DNA from: Roseofilum capinflatum BLCC-M114
GTDB lineage: Bacteria > Cyanobacteriota > Cyanobacteriia > Cyanobacteriales > Desertifilaceae
Length of the DNA: 24,000 nt
Assembly: GCF_030068505.1 (NCBI RefSeq)
Contig: NZ_JAQOSO010000055.1
Location: 219,541 to 243,540, forward strand
Reading direction: 5' to 3'
Part shown: positions 8,923 to 15,895 of the stretch, one piece after another
Layout: each line of letters starts with the position of its first letter
How positions within the stretch are numbered: position 1 is the first letter of the stretch
Program-made: the position numbers and the translations under genes
The notes under the pieces: model-generated
What the model was told of the DNA's origin: nothing
What the model saw: the letters and a program-made list of their open reading frames with translations, nothing else
Databases searched by the model: none

Positions 8923-9017
8923 GACTACTATCGCCTGCGACGACGCTGGGCGAACGGTAGCATCAGTCAGTGAAGTGTCAAGAATCACCGCTCCTTTAGG
9001 ACGGTGAGTATGTCAAC
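8800..9017 (+). ncRNA. Predicted TnpB omega RNA (reRNA) scaffold spanning the tnpB 3' end through the right-end hairpin; the extent is approximate
   Basis: Inferred from the known TnpB architecture, in which the omega RNA is encoded from the tnpB 3' end to the IS right end. The structured right end at 8985-9007 is visible. No transcript evidence is available. Confidence 0.4.
8985..9007. repeat. IS200/IS605 right-end subterminal hairpin
   Basis: TCACCGCTCCTTTAGGACGGTGA, a 10-bp stem with one bulged C. Its core is shared with the left-end hairpin. Confidence 0.7.
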
Positions 9018-9037
9018 AGGGAAAGGTCTTAATTCAG

Positions 9038-9066
9038 AAGCCGGGCTTCTTGAGGAAACCCGGCTT
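9038..9066 (-). terminator. Hairpin downstream of dps (weak terminator candidate)
   Basis: AAGCCGGG-13 nt-CCCGGCTT, an 8-bp stem starting 7 nt after the dps stop on the minus strand. No clear U-tract. Confidence 0.3.
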
Positions 9067-9072
9067 GTTGTT

Positions 9073-9570
9073 CTATTCTTCTACTGGGTGAAGATGGGCT
9101 TCGAGGAACCACAACCGTTTATCGATGGTTCGGGAAATTTCGGTATAGAGATCGGCGGTGTCTGCATCGCCGAGATCGTCAGTTTTGGCAATGCCATCTC
9201 TTAAATGTTTGGCATACTGGGCAAGGCGATCGCTCAGGGCAGTTAAATGGGCTTTTCCGCTCACAATGTCTAGGGGATAGGGTTCTAAAATTGAGCGATC
9301 GGCAGCAACGCGGGCAGTTCCAAGGGCAACTGCACCCAAGGCGGTAACCCGTTCTGCCACCATGTCTACATATTCTTCCAGTTCACCGGCAATTTCATCA
9401 AAGAGTTCGTGCAGAAAATAGAAGTCTCTGCCTTTAACGTTCCAATGGGCTTGTTTGGCTTGGGTTTTCAAGTCTAGAGTAGTGGCTAGAGTTTGATTGA
9501 GCAGTTCGACTACCGGTTGGCGAATTTCCGTCGATAGGTCGATGCGGGTGTCATAGAGTTTGGTGTTCAT
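9073..9570 (-). CDS. dps: Dps-family DNA-binding ferritin-like protein
   Basis: 165 aa. QAKQAHWNVKGRDFYFLHELFDEIAGELEEYVDMVAERV carries the canonical Dps ferroxidase-site motifs. Confidence 0.9.
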   Translation of the reverse strand: MNTKLYDTRIDLSTEIRQPVVELLNQTLATTLDLKTQAKQAHWNVKGRDFYFLHELFDEIAGELEEYVDMVAERVTALGAVALGTARVAADRSILEPYPLDIVSGKAHLTALSDRLAQYAKHLRDGIAKTDDLGDADTADLYTEISRTIDKRLWFLEAHLHPVEE

Positions 9571-9591
9571 AGAGTGTGTGAGGAGTAAGGT

Positions 9592-9855
9592 TTAAGCGAG
9601 ATGTCTTTGCAATACAGCGCGAGGTGCGCGGCGCACTCGACATTTAATGGTTTCTTTGCCCAGTCGTTGATGAGCTTCGTAGCGATGGCAACCGGAAAAT
9701 CCATAGTAGTTACCTTCGACTTCTAGCACATCAATGGGTTCTTGTAATCCGATTTCGGCAATGGATGCCATCAAGGTTTCAACCTTGGCGGGATCGGTTT
9801 GCCGAGGAAGGGGACGACGAATCTGGTTTAAGGGAATGTCTGCAATCCGAATCAT
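9592..9855 (-). CDS. srxA: Sulfiredoxin (ParB/Srx fold)
   Basis: 87 aa. RPLPRQTDPAKVETLMASIAEIGLQEPIDVLEV...YYGFSGCHRYEAHQRLGKETI matches the Srx signature F(G/S)GCHR and surrounding blocks. Confidence 0.85.
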   Translation of the reverse strand: MIRIADIPLNQIRRPLPRQTDPAKVETLMASIAEIGLQEPIDVLEVEGNYYGFSGCHRYEAHQRLGKETIKCRVRRAPRAVLQRHLA

Positions 9856-9927
9856 CCTGGGTTACCTGGGTCTGATCTTTCTTAATCATAGTCGGTATGA
9901 CTTCGTTTTGCAAGCAGCAAGGGGTGA

Positions 9928-10005
9928 TTACAGTCGTTTTCGCTATTATGGGGCGCATTTTTATCTCCCTAAGTCCCCCGTTTGCACAGGGAGATTTAGG
10001 GAGAT
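9928..10005. repeat. Dispersed repeat, copy 1: a 34-nt conserved block followed by an inverted-repeat hairpin
   Basis: TTACAGTCGTTTTCGCTATTATGGGGCGCATTTT (9928-9961) matches 15560-15593 at 27 of 34 positions. It is followed by ATCTCCCTAA...TTAGGGAGAT (9963-9972 / 9996-10005), with an alternative inner partner AGGGAGA at 9988-9994. Confidence 0.6.
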
Positions 10006-10032
10006 CTTTAAGGGCTGTCTAGGGAGAGGACA

Positions 10033-11394
10033 TTAAACTCGGATGGCACGATTCGCGCCTGTTGCTTCAAGTTCGCGGGCTTTTTTGCCGCGCCAAAAGA
10101 GGCGAATGGGTGTACCGGTAAATCCGAGTTGTTGGCGGATTTGTTTCTCAATATAGCGGCGGTAGTTTTCTCCCAACCGTTTGGGATCGTTGACAAAAAT
10201 ACTAAAGCTCGGCGGTTGGATACTCACTTGCGTGCCGTAGTAAATTTTGCCTTGTTTCCCTTGGCGGTTGGTGGGGGGAGTATGCCAACTGATGGCTTCT
10301 TGCAGCACTTCATTGACAACCGCAGTGGAAACCCGGCGCTGATGTTCGCTGACGGCATTATCGACTAACTTGAGAATTTTGGGAACCCGTTGGCCGGTGA
10401 GTGCGCTGACGAAGATCATTTCTGACCAGTCGATGAAGTAGAGGCGATCGCGTACTTGCTGTTCGTAGTGCAAAATAGTATAGCTGTCTTTTTCCACCTG
10501 ATCCCATTTATTCACCACAATTACACAAGCGCGGCCTTCTTCGGCAATGCGATCGGCCAGTTTCTGGTCTTGTTCGGTGACTCCATCAAGCGCATCAATT
10601 ACCAACAGCACCACATCCGATCGCCGAATGGCCTTAAATGCGCGATTAATGCCGAAAAATTCCGGCCCATATTCCACATTCTTTTTCTTGCGAATGCCAG
10701 CCGTATCAATCAACCGGTAGGTTTTTCCCTCATGTTCCACTACGGTATCAATCGCATCTCTCGTCGTTCCTGAAATGGGGCTAACGATCGCCCGTTTTTC
10801 CCCTAAAAAGGCATTGAGTAAACTGGATTTGCCCACATTGGGACGGCCAACAATGGCGATTTTGGTTTCTGTGGACTCTTCCCAGTCTTCAACCACGGGT
10901 AAGTGGGGAAGTAGAGCATCAAGAAGATCCCCGGTTCCATTGCCATGAATGCTGGAAATGGCATAGGGTTCGCCTAAGCCTAATTCCCAAAACTGGGCCG
11001 CTTGAATCAGTCCTTGGTCTGGAGATTCGCATTTATTCACCGCTAAAAACACGGGAACTGATTGTTGATATAGCCATCGGGCAATTTCCATATCTCCAGG
11101 GGTGGGGCCAGTTTGACCATCGACGAGGAAAATGGCGGCGCTCGATTCAGCTAGAGCTAATAAGGCTTGTTCGCGAATCAGGGGCAAGAATTCGGTATCA
11201 TCATGGAAGAGTAAGCCACCGGTATCGACCACCTGAAATTCGCGATCGCGCCAATAGCAGTAACGATAAGTGCGATCGCGAGTAATTCCTGGTTCATCAA
11301 ACACAATCGATTCTTGTCTTTTGGCTAACCGATTAACTAGAGTAGATTTACCGACATTGGGACGGCCAATAATGGCAACGATAGGCAGTTTCAT
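10033..11394 (-). CDS. der: Ribosome-biogenesis GTPase Der (EngA)
   Basis: 453 aa with two tandem GTPase domains (GRPNVGKST... and GRPNVGKSS...; DTGG and DTAG; NKCE and NKWD) and a C-terminal KH-like domain. Confidence 0.95.
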   Translation of the reverse strand: MKLPIVAIIGRPNVGKSTLVNRLAKRQESIVFDEPGITRDRTYRYCYWRDREFQVVDTGGLLFHDDTEFLPLIREQALLALAESSAAIFLVDGQTGPTPGDMEIARWLYQQSVPVFLAVNKCESPDQGLIQAAQFWELGLGEPYAISSIHGNGTGDLLDALLPHLPVVEDWEESTETKIAIVGRPNVGKSSLLNAFLGEKRAIVSPISGTTRDAIDTVVEHEGKTYRLIDTAGIRKKKNVEYGPEFFGINRAFKAIRRSDVVLLVIDALDGVTEQDQKLADRIAEEGRACVIVVNKWDQVEKDSYTILHYEQQVRDRLYFIDWSEMIFVSALTGQRVPKILKLVDNAVSEHQRRVSTAVVNEVLQEAISWHTPPTNRQGKQGKIYYGTQVSIQPPSFSIFVNDPKRLGENYRRYIEKQIRQQLGFTGTPIRLFWRGKKARELEATGANRAIRV

Positions 11395-11477
11395 AGGGAC
11401 GTTTTTAGGGTTTAGAAATATGTTTAGAGATTTTAGCCAAGCATTTCATTATATCTCATTTCTGTCTTGGGTGAGCC

Positions 11478-11822
11478 ATGAACATTGAAACCCTCTATCA
11501 TCGCTTAGGCATCACCCCCACCCAACTCGCCGAGTTTTGCCAAACCGCCCAAATCACGGAACTTGCCCTCTTTGGCTCCATCCTACGCGACGACTTTCGC
11601 CCCGATAGTGATATAGATATGCTCGTCACCTTCACCCCCGACTGCAAAATCAGCCTGCTCGATTTTGTTGGCCTAGAACAAGACCTAGAAGAGTGGCTAC
11701 ACCGAGAAGTCGATCTGGTTGAAAAGGAAACTGTTAAACAGGATCGAAACTGGATTCGCCGCAACGAAATTCTCAACAACCATCAGGTGATTTATGAATC
11801 GCGATCTCTCCTACCTGCTTGA
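11478..11822 (+). CDS. mntA: Nucleotidyltransferase-domain antitoxin MntA (MNT of a HEPN/MNT type VII TA pair)
   Basis: 114 aa. LFGSILRDDFRPDSDIDMLV is the GS...D.D minimal nucleotidyltransferase motif. It overlaps the next ORF by 29 nt. Confidence 0.85.
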   Translation: MNIETLYHRLGITPTQLAEFCQTAQITELALFGSILRDDFRPDSDIDMLVTFTPDCKISLLDFVGLEQDLEEWLHREVDLVEKETVKQDRNWIRRNEILNNHQVIYESRSLLPA

Positions 11823-12138
11823 TATTTATCAGTACGGGCAAGATGTGGTGGAATTTGTTCAGGGTATGGACGAAGCCAGCTTTGCAGCAGACACGATCAC
11901 CCAAAGAGCCGTGATTTATTCCGTCACTGTCATGGGCGAAGCTACCAAGAAACTTTCGCCCGAATTCCGTGCCCAAAATCCCCAGATTCCCTGGAAGAAA
12001 ATTGCCGGAATGCGCGATAAATGCGTCCACGACTATCGCCAGATTAATAGCTACCGTGTTTGGGAAATTATTCAAACCAGCATTCCCGAACTCCTTCAGT
12101 CCCTTGAAGCGCTCTTACCCACCGAAGATCAGGTGTAG
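11794..12138 (+). CDS. hepT: HEPN-domain toxin HepT (DUF86)
   Basis: 114 aa. MRDKCVHDY is the R-x4-H-x-Y HEPN RNase motif. Translationally coupled to the MNT gene. Confidence 0.85.
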   Translation: MNRDLSYLLDIYQYGQDVVEFVQGMDEASFAADTITQRAVIYSVTVMGEATKKLSPEFRAQNPQIPWKKIAGMRDKCVHDYRQINSYRVWEIIQTSIPELLQSLEALLPTEDQV

Positions 12139-12158
12139 TAGCCAGCCATAAGATCGCC

Positions 12159-12243
12159 TCAAACCAGCAATAAGGATCTCTTTGAGCCAGGATTAAATGC
12201 AACTAGATCATTACCTGCACCGCCAGAAATCAGGTCATTGCCC
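12159..12243 (-). pseudogene. Remnant of an RTX (hemolysin-type Ca-binding) repeat gene
   Basis: The frame reads ...GGKGNDLIS GGAGNDLVA FNPGSKRSLLLV*, two perfect GGxGxDxLx nonapeptides. There is no plausible start. The upstream part of the track ORF (12244-12341) is out-of-frame overlap with xisI. Confidence 0.45.
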
Positions 12244-12588
12244 TTACCCCCCGCGCTGGTCGTTGGCAATAGAGATCGCCTCTTGGGTTGGAGGATAGCA
12301 AAAGGCAGGAACCAGGACTTCTTCAGGAATGCCTTGCTCAATTAAATCTTCAGCAAAGTATTCCACATTATTCTGTTCGATATGAACTAACCCATCAATA
12401 ATACGCAGGTGAGCTAGAATACCGTGAATGCGCCGATCGCCATGCCAACCCACACTCATCAGCAGATAGTTGTCGGTTTCTTCGTCACAAATAGCTATGG
12501 TTTCGTCGATATCCCTGGATTTCGACCATTCCAGATGTTCGGCTAAAACGGTACGAATAATACTACGGTAGTGTTCTAGTCGATCCAT
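12244..12588 (-). CDS. xisI: XisI family protein (fdxN-element excision-controlling-factor-like)
   Basis: 114 aa. YLLMSVGWHGDRRIHGILAHLRIIDGLVHIEQNNVEYFAEDLIEQGIPEEVLVPAF matches the XisI family layout. GGAGGA SD lies 9 nt upstream of the ATG. There is no xisH upstream, only a 91-bp spacer. Confidence 0.8.
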   Translation of the reverse strand: MDRLEHYRSIIRTVLAEHLEWSKSRDIDETIAICDEETDNYLLMSVGWHGDRRIHGILAHLRIIDGLVHIEQNNVEYFAEDLIEQGIPEEVLVPAFCYPPTQEAISIANDQRGG

Positions 12589-12679
12589 TGCTCGATCTCC
12601 TCCAAATTTGGATTAAATACAATAAGCGGGTAGACCCACTTCTGTGTAAATTGGATATTTCCTTTACTCAATCAAGTGC

Positions 12680-13909
12680 ATGATTTTAATGATGGAACGT
12701 ATTATTTCCCTATTGGGACTCGGTTGTTTTGTCGCCTTTGCCTATGGGATCTCTGTGAACCGTGCGGCGGTGCGCTGGCGGGTGGTTGCTATGGGGTTGG
12801 GTTTACAGTTTGTTTTGGCGGTGTTGATCCTCAAGGTTCCCTTTGGCTTGGCGCTCTTTCGCTTTTTGGGCGATCGCATCCAGACTTTTTTAGAATTCTC
12901 GGATGTGGGGTCTGAGTTTGTGTTTTCGTCCCAGTTGGTAAACAACGAGGTGTATATTTTTGCCTTTCGGGTGTTGCCGACGGTGATTTTCTTTTCCGCG
13001 TTTATTAGTGTGCTTTACTACTATGGAATTTTACCGCGCATGGTGCAGGCGATCGCCCGGTTGATGCAATATACCCTGAAAACTTCGGGATCGGAAACCT
13101 TAACCGCAGCCGCGAATATTTTTGTCGGCTCTACGGAAGCACCGTTGCTGATTAAACCCTATGTCTCGACTACTACGATGTCCGAACTCCATGCGATCAT
13201 GACCAGTGGGTTTGCAACGGTAGCAGGAGGAGTTTTAGTCGCCTATATTTCCTTTGGGATTGCTCCGGAACATCTGATTACTGCGTCGGTGATGTCTGCT
13301 CCCGCAGCGTTAGCCATTTCTAAGCTCATGTATCCAGAAACGGAGAGTTCTCCGACGATGGGAACGGTGTCTATTGAGATCGAGAAAACCTATGTGAATG
13401 GCATTGATGCCTTGTCTACAGGCGCTTCCGAGGGGATGAAGTTGGCTCTTAATATTGCGGCGATGCTGATTGCCTTTTTGGGTATTCTGGCGTTTATTAA
13501 TGCTGTATTGGCTTGGATGGGGGGATTTATTGGTTTGCCCACTTTATCCTTAGAGGGGATTTTTGGCGTGGTGTTTGCGCCGGTGGCTTGGTTGATGGGA
13601 ATTCCTTGGACAGATTGTTTGGTGGTGGGGGAGCTACTGGGGAAAAAGACGATCCTGACTGAGTTTATCGCTTATGTGGATTTGAGCGAGTTGATTCGCA
13701 ATCAACAGGTTTCCGATCGCACGGCGGCGATCGCCACTTATGCCCTCTGTGGGTTTTCTAATCTGGGGGCGATCGGCATTCAGTTGGGAGGCATTGGGGC
13801 GATCGCTCCCTCTCGACAATCCGATCTAGCAAAATTGGGTTTACGAGCCATGATCGGCGGATTTCTCGCCTGTTGTATGACCGCTTGTATTGCCGGTATT
13901 TTACTCTGA
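12680..13909 (+). CDS. NupC/CNT-family concentrative nucleoside transporter
   Basis: 409 aa and polytopic. FRVLPTVIFFSAFISVLYYYGILPRMVQAIARLM...GSETLTAAANIFVGSTEAPLLIKPY...MTSGFATVAGGVLVAY...GELLGKKTILTEFIAY...CGFSNLGAIGIQLGG aligns by eye along E. coli NupC. The start could be the ATG at 12680, 12689 or 12692. Confidence 0.85.
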   Translation: MILMMERIISLLGLGCFVAFAYGISVNRAAVRWRVVAMGLGLQFVLAVLILKVPFGLALFRFLGDRIQTFLEFSDVGSEFVFSSQLVNNEVYIFAFRVLPTVIFFSAFISVLYYYGILPRMVQAIARLMQYTLKTSGSETLTAAANIFVGSTEAPLLIKPYVSTTTMSELHAIMTSGFATVAGGVLVAYISFGIAPEHLITASVMSAPAALAISKLMYPETESSPTMGTVSIEIEKTYVNGIDALSTGASEGMKLALNIAAMLIAFLGILAFINAVLAWMGGFIGLPTLSLEGIFGVVFAPVAWLMGIPWTDCLVVGELLGKKTILTEFIAYVDLSELIRNQQVSDRTAAIATYALCGFSNLGAIGIQLGGIGAIAPSRQSDLAKLGLRAMIGGFLACCMTACIAGILL

Positions 13910-13936
13910 TTTCTGCAATGGCTGCCCTAAAAACGG

Positions 13937-14009
13937 ATATAGCGCTTTGCACTAGGTAGAGGAAGAGCAAGGTTGCCACTCTTCCCCATTACCGCACGTA
14001 GCGCTATAT
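13937..14009. terminator. Nested palindrome between convergent genes (candidate bidirectional terminator or dispersed-repeat copy)
   Basis: Outer ATATAGCGCT (13937-13946) pairs with AGCGCTATAT (14000-14009). Inner GGAAGAG...CTCTTCC hairpin. TATAGCGCTTTGC (13938-13950) recurs in reverse complement at 15676-15688. Confidence 0.45.
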
Positions 14010-14025
14010 TCCCCAAGGGAGCAAA

Positions 14026-14511
14026 TTAGCGCTTGAACTTGCGACGTAAGAGACTACCACCGACACCACCAACGAGCGTCACTCCAGCCACACCAGCCAG
14101 GATATAGCGATTCGCCATACGGTTGTGGGTATGGTAAGGATGTCCCTCTAGATAGCTGATGTTCTCAGATTCAATTCCTTCGCCGCTAACAGGAACGATA
14201 ATATTATCCCAATGGCCGCCTTCTCCAATTTCCACAGACCACTCACCCGGAATAGAGGGATCGGGTTGAAAGACAAATTGACCGTTAGCATCGGTTGTGG
14301 TTTCTAACCAGGGTGTGGTGGGGTCATTCGGGGCATAAACAACCACCGGCGCACCTTCAAAAGCTTCACCGGTACTAAACATCGATTGGATTTCCAGGCG
14401 ATCGGACATACTCTGAAAATCGGTTTCTACTGCGTGTCCTAGCGCCACTTTGGGTAAGCTCACTAAGCTCAGTAGCACAGCAGACAGGGTAAGGAAGGAT
14501 TTCATTGGCAT
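14026..14511 (-). CDS. Secreted, C-terminally membrane-anchored beta-sandwich protein (carboxypeptidase-regulatory-like / transthyretin-like fold)
   Basis: Preferred start is the ATG at 14511, with AGGAG 4 nt upstream. Signal peptide MPMKSFLTLSAVLLSLVSLPKVALG/HA. TDANGQFVFQPDPSIPGEWSVEI is a CarboxypepD_reg-like strand pattern. C-terminal TM plus basic tail LAGVAGVTLVGGVGGSLLRRKFKR. Confidence 0.6.
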   Translation of the reverse strand: MPMKSFLTLSAVLLSLVSLPKVALGHAVETDFQSMSDRLEIQSMFSTGEAFEGAPVVVYAPNDPTTPWLETTTDANGQFVFQPDPSIPGEWSVEIGEGGHWDNIIVPVSGEGIESENISYLEGHPYHTHNRMANRYILAGVAGVTLVGGVGGSLLRRKFKR

Positions 14512-14683
14512 AGTCTCCTGTTGGTTACATGGATTGGTTAATATACAAATATATCTCAAGACTTAAATGGCTAGAGTCATCTAAGGTAATCTCTGCTTAC
14601 TCGAACTCAATGGTAAATCCCGGAATGGAGCGATCGAGGTGTGCCTTCAACTGCTTGATTTCCTTCTGAATCTTATCTACTCC

Positions 14684-15043
14684 TTACGGATGACTTCTGA
14701 GGGGAACTCGTAAGCCAAAATAGGTCACCACTAATTCTGTTGAACCTGTATTGCAAAGTTCATGAACTTCACCGACATCAATGGCGATACAAGTGCCTGG
14801 AGAAAGAGCATAGTCCTCGTTATTGACTGTAATGCTTCCTGTGCCGGATTCAATAAAAAACACCTCACACATATCTGGATGAGCATGACCATTGGCGACT
14901 GCTCCAGGAGGAAACCGAGCTTGGGAAAAATTGGTTAAATGGGGGAGTTCTCCCAGGCGTAACATCACTTGCTTACGGATATTCTGATTGTGAGAAACGC
15001 CTTCTTGGGGTAAGTCATTTAAGTGAGTGATTTTCATTAGCAA
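14684..15043 (-). CDS. Cupin-domain protein
   Basis: 119 aa. GHAHPDMCEVFFIESGTGSITVNNEDYALSPGTCIAIDVGEVHEL contains cupin motifs 1 and 2. Confidence 0.8.
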   Translation of the reverse strand: MLMKITHLNDLPQEGVSHNQNIRKQVMLRLGELPHLTNFSQARFPPGAVANGHAHPDMCEVFFIESGTGSITVNNEDYALSPGTCIAIDVGEVHELCNTGSTELVVTYFGLRVPLRSHP

Positions 15044-15067
15044 TCGAAAATTAAATCATTTAAATCA

Positions 15068-15418
15068 TTATGGGTCATCAAGACGCTCCGACTCTAAGGA
15101 TTCTGGTAAATTACGCTTCACCTCGGCTTGAAACCAAACTTTGAGAATGGCCTGTAATTGCATTCGACTAATATAGGGCCATCCTCCTTCCGTTTCCATA
15201 TCCCGCAGAAGGGCATACAAGGTTTGACGGTTATCGGGAAGAGACTCTTGGAACCAAGTTTCTCGAATATGATGATGCATCTGTTCGAGACGGCGTAGAA
15301 TAGCCAGTAAGGTCACTGAATCCTCTTGATGCAGAGCGGCTAAGGTGTGTATGCGCTCTAGAGTGTCATTCAGTTCCTGTTCCCAGGGTTGTACACTAGG
15401 GTCTAAATCCTTGTCCAT
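15068..15418 (-). CDS. Hypothetical protein (116 aa, helical, acidic termini)
   Basis: Clean ORF 24 nt upstream of the cupin gene on the same strand. I recognised no motif. Confidence 0.55.
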   Translation of the reverse strand: MDKDLDPSVQPWEQELNDTLERIHTLAALHQEDSVTLLAILRRLEQMHHHIRETWFQESLPDNRQTLYALLRDMETEGGWPYISRMQLQAILKVWFQAEVKRNLPESLESERLDDP

Positions 15419-15559
15419 CCGTGATTGAATTGTTCACCTACGTTAGTGCGATTTGTTGAAATCACATATTACTTTAACCGAAAAGCGGCGATCGCTGGTA
15501 ATCCAACCGAACTCTCTGCAAGATCGATGATCTCGGTAAATAGACAGGTAGCGTCCCTC

Positions 15560-15649
15560 ATACAGCAGTTTTCGCTGTTATGTGGGACATTTTGATCCCC
15601 CTTTCATGTCCGCTTGCGGAAAATCCCCCTTAAAAAGCAGGGGGGATCT
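15560..15649. repeat. Dispersed repeat, copy 2: the 34-nt block plus GATCCCCC/GGGGGATC inverted repeat, enclosing one TTCATGTCCGCTTGCGGAAA module
   Basis: ATACAGCAGTTTTCGCTGTTATGTGGGACATTTT (15560-15593), then GATCCCCC (15594-15601) ... GGGGGATC (15641-15648). The palindromic module is at 15603-15622. An alternative C-run at 15624-15629 can pair with the same G-run. Confidence 0.6.
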
Positions 15650-15724
15650 TTTCCTACTGTCCACCTATACAGCGCAAAGCGCTATAACAGCGCCTTGGGC
15701 TGTATAAGCAGCGACTAGCGCTAT

Positions 15725-15776
15725 AAAAAAAAATTGGGAATTGCTTTGCATCCACCCGCAAATCTGCAATTCCCAA
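15725..15776 (-). terminator. Strong Rho-independent terminator closing the coiled-coil gene block
   Basis: On the minus strand: TTGGGAATTGC-21 nt loop-GCAATTCCCAA (11-bp perfect stem) followed at once by T9. It lies 120 nt downstream of the stop at 15896. Confidence 0.8.
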
Positions 15777-15895
15777 ACTACTCCCAAATCTGTAATCATC
15801 AGGGGTCATATCAAGTTGGATTAACTGTGATGATTGCTAATCATCGTAAGACTGATCCCCATTTTTGATTTTGAATTTCTAATTTTTAATTGATA

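Larger units (their letters stand above)
7295..9017 (+). mobile_element. Complete IS200/IS605-family insertion sequence (divergent tnpA and tnpB, no classical long TIRs); the ends are approximate
   Basis: A Y1 HUH transposase and a TnpB sit back to back. Left subterminal hairpin: CCGTCCT-tct-AGGACGG (7340-7356). Right subterminal hairpin: TCACCG(C)TCCT-tt-AGGA-CGGTGA (8985-9007). The two share the core TCCTTnTAGGACGG. An 8-bp inverse match GTTGACAT (7295-7302) / ATGTCAAC (9010-9017) brackets the unit. A TCAA lies 9 nt 3' of the right hairpin, as at the IS608 right cleavage site. Confidence 0.85.

Noticed and set aside
10008-11488. ORFs antisense to, or out of frame within, der (10008..10196, 10129..10368, 10456..10773, 11270..11488)
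   Set aside because: der has unambiguous double-GTPase motifs across the whole interval, and the overlapping ORFs have no motif support.
12244-12341. Upstream two-thirds of track ORF 12159..12341(-)
   Set aside because: It overlaps xisI out of frame. Only the last 28 codons (12159-12243) look like real, remnant RTX sequence.
12589-12679. Missing xisH upstream of xisI
   Set aside because: I looked for a degraded xisH. The spacer is only 91 bp and contains the xisI SD and AT-rich promoter-like sequence, so xisH is truly absent here rather than overlooked.
14590-14686. 29 sense codons in frame after the cupin stop codon (GVDKIQKEIKQLKAHLDRSIPGFTIEFE*)
   Set aside because: The stretch is protein-like and could be a relic C-terminus or a readthrough extension. 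It has no start codon of its own, it is short, and I cannot match it to a family. It is most likely a gene remnant or chance. It could be checked by TBLASTN.
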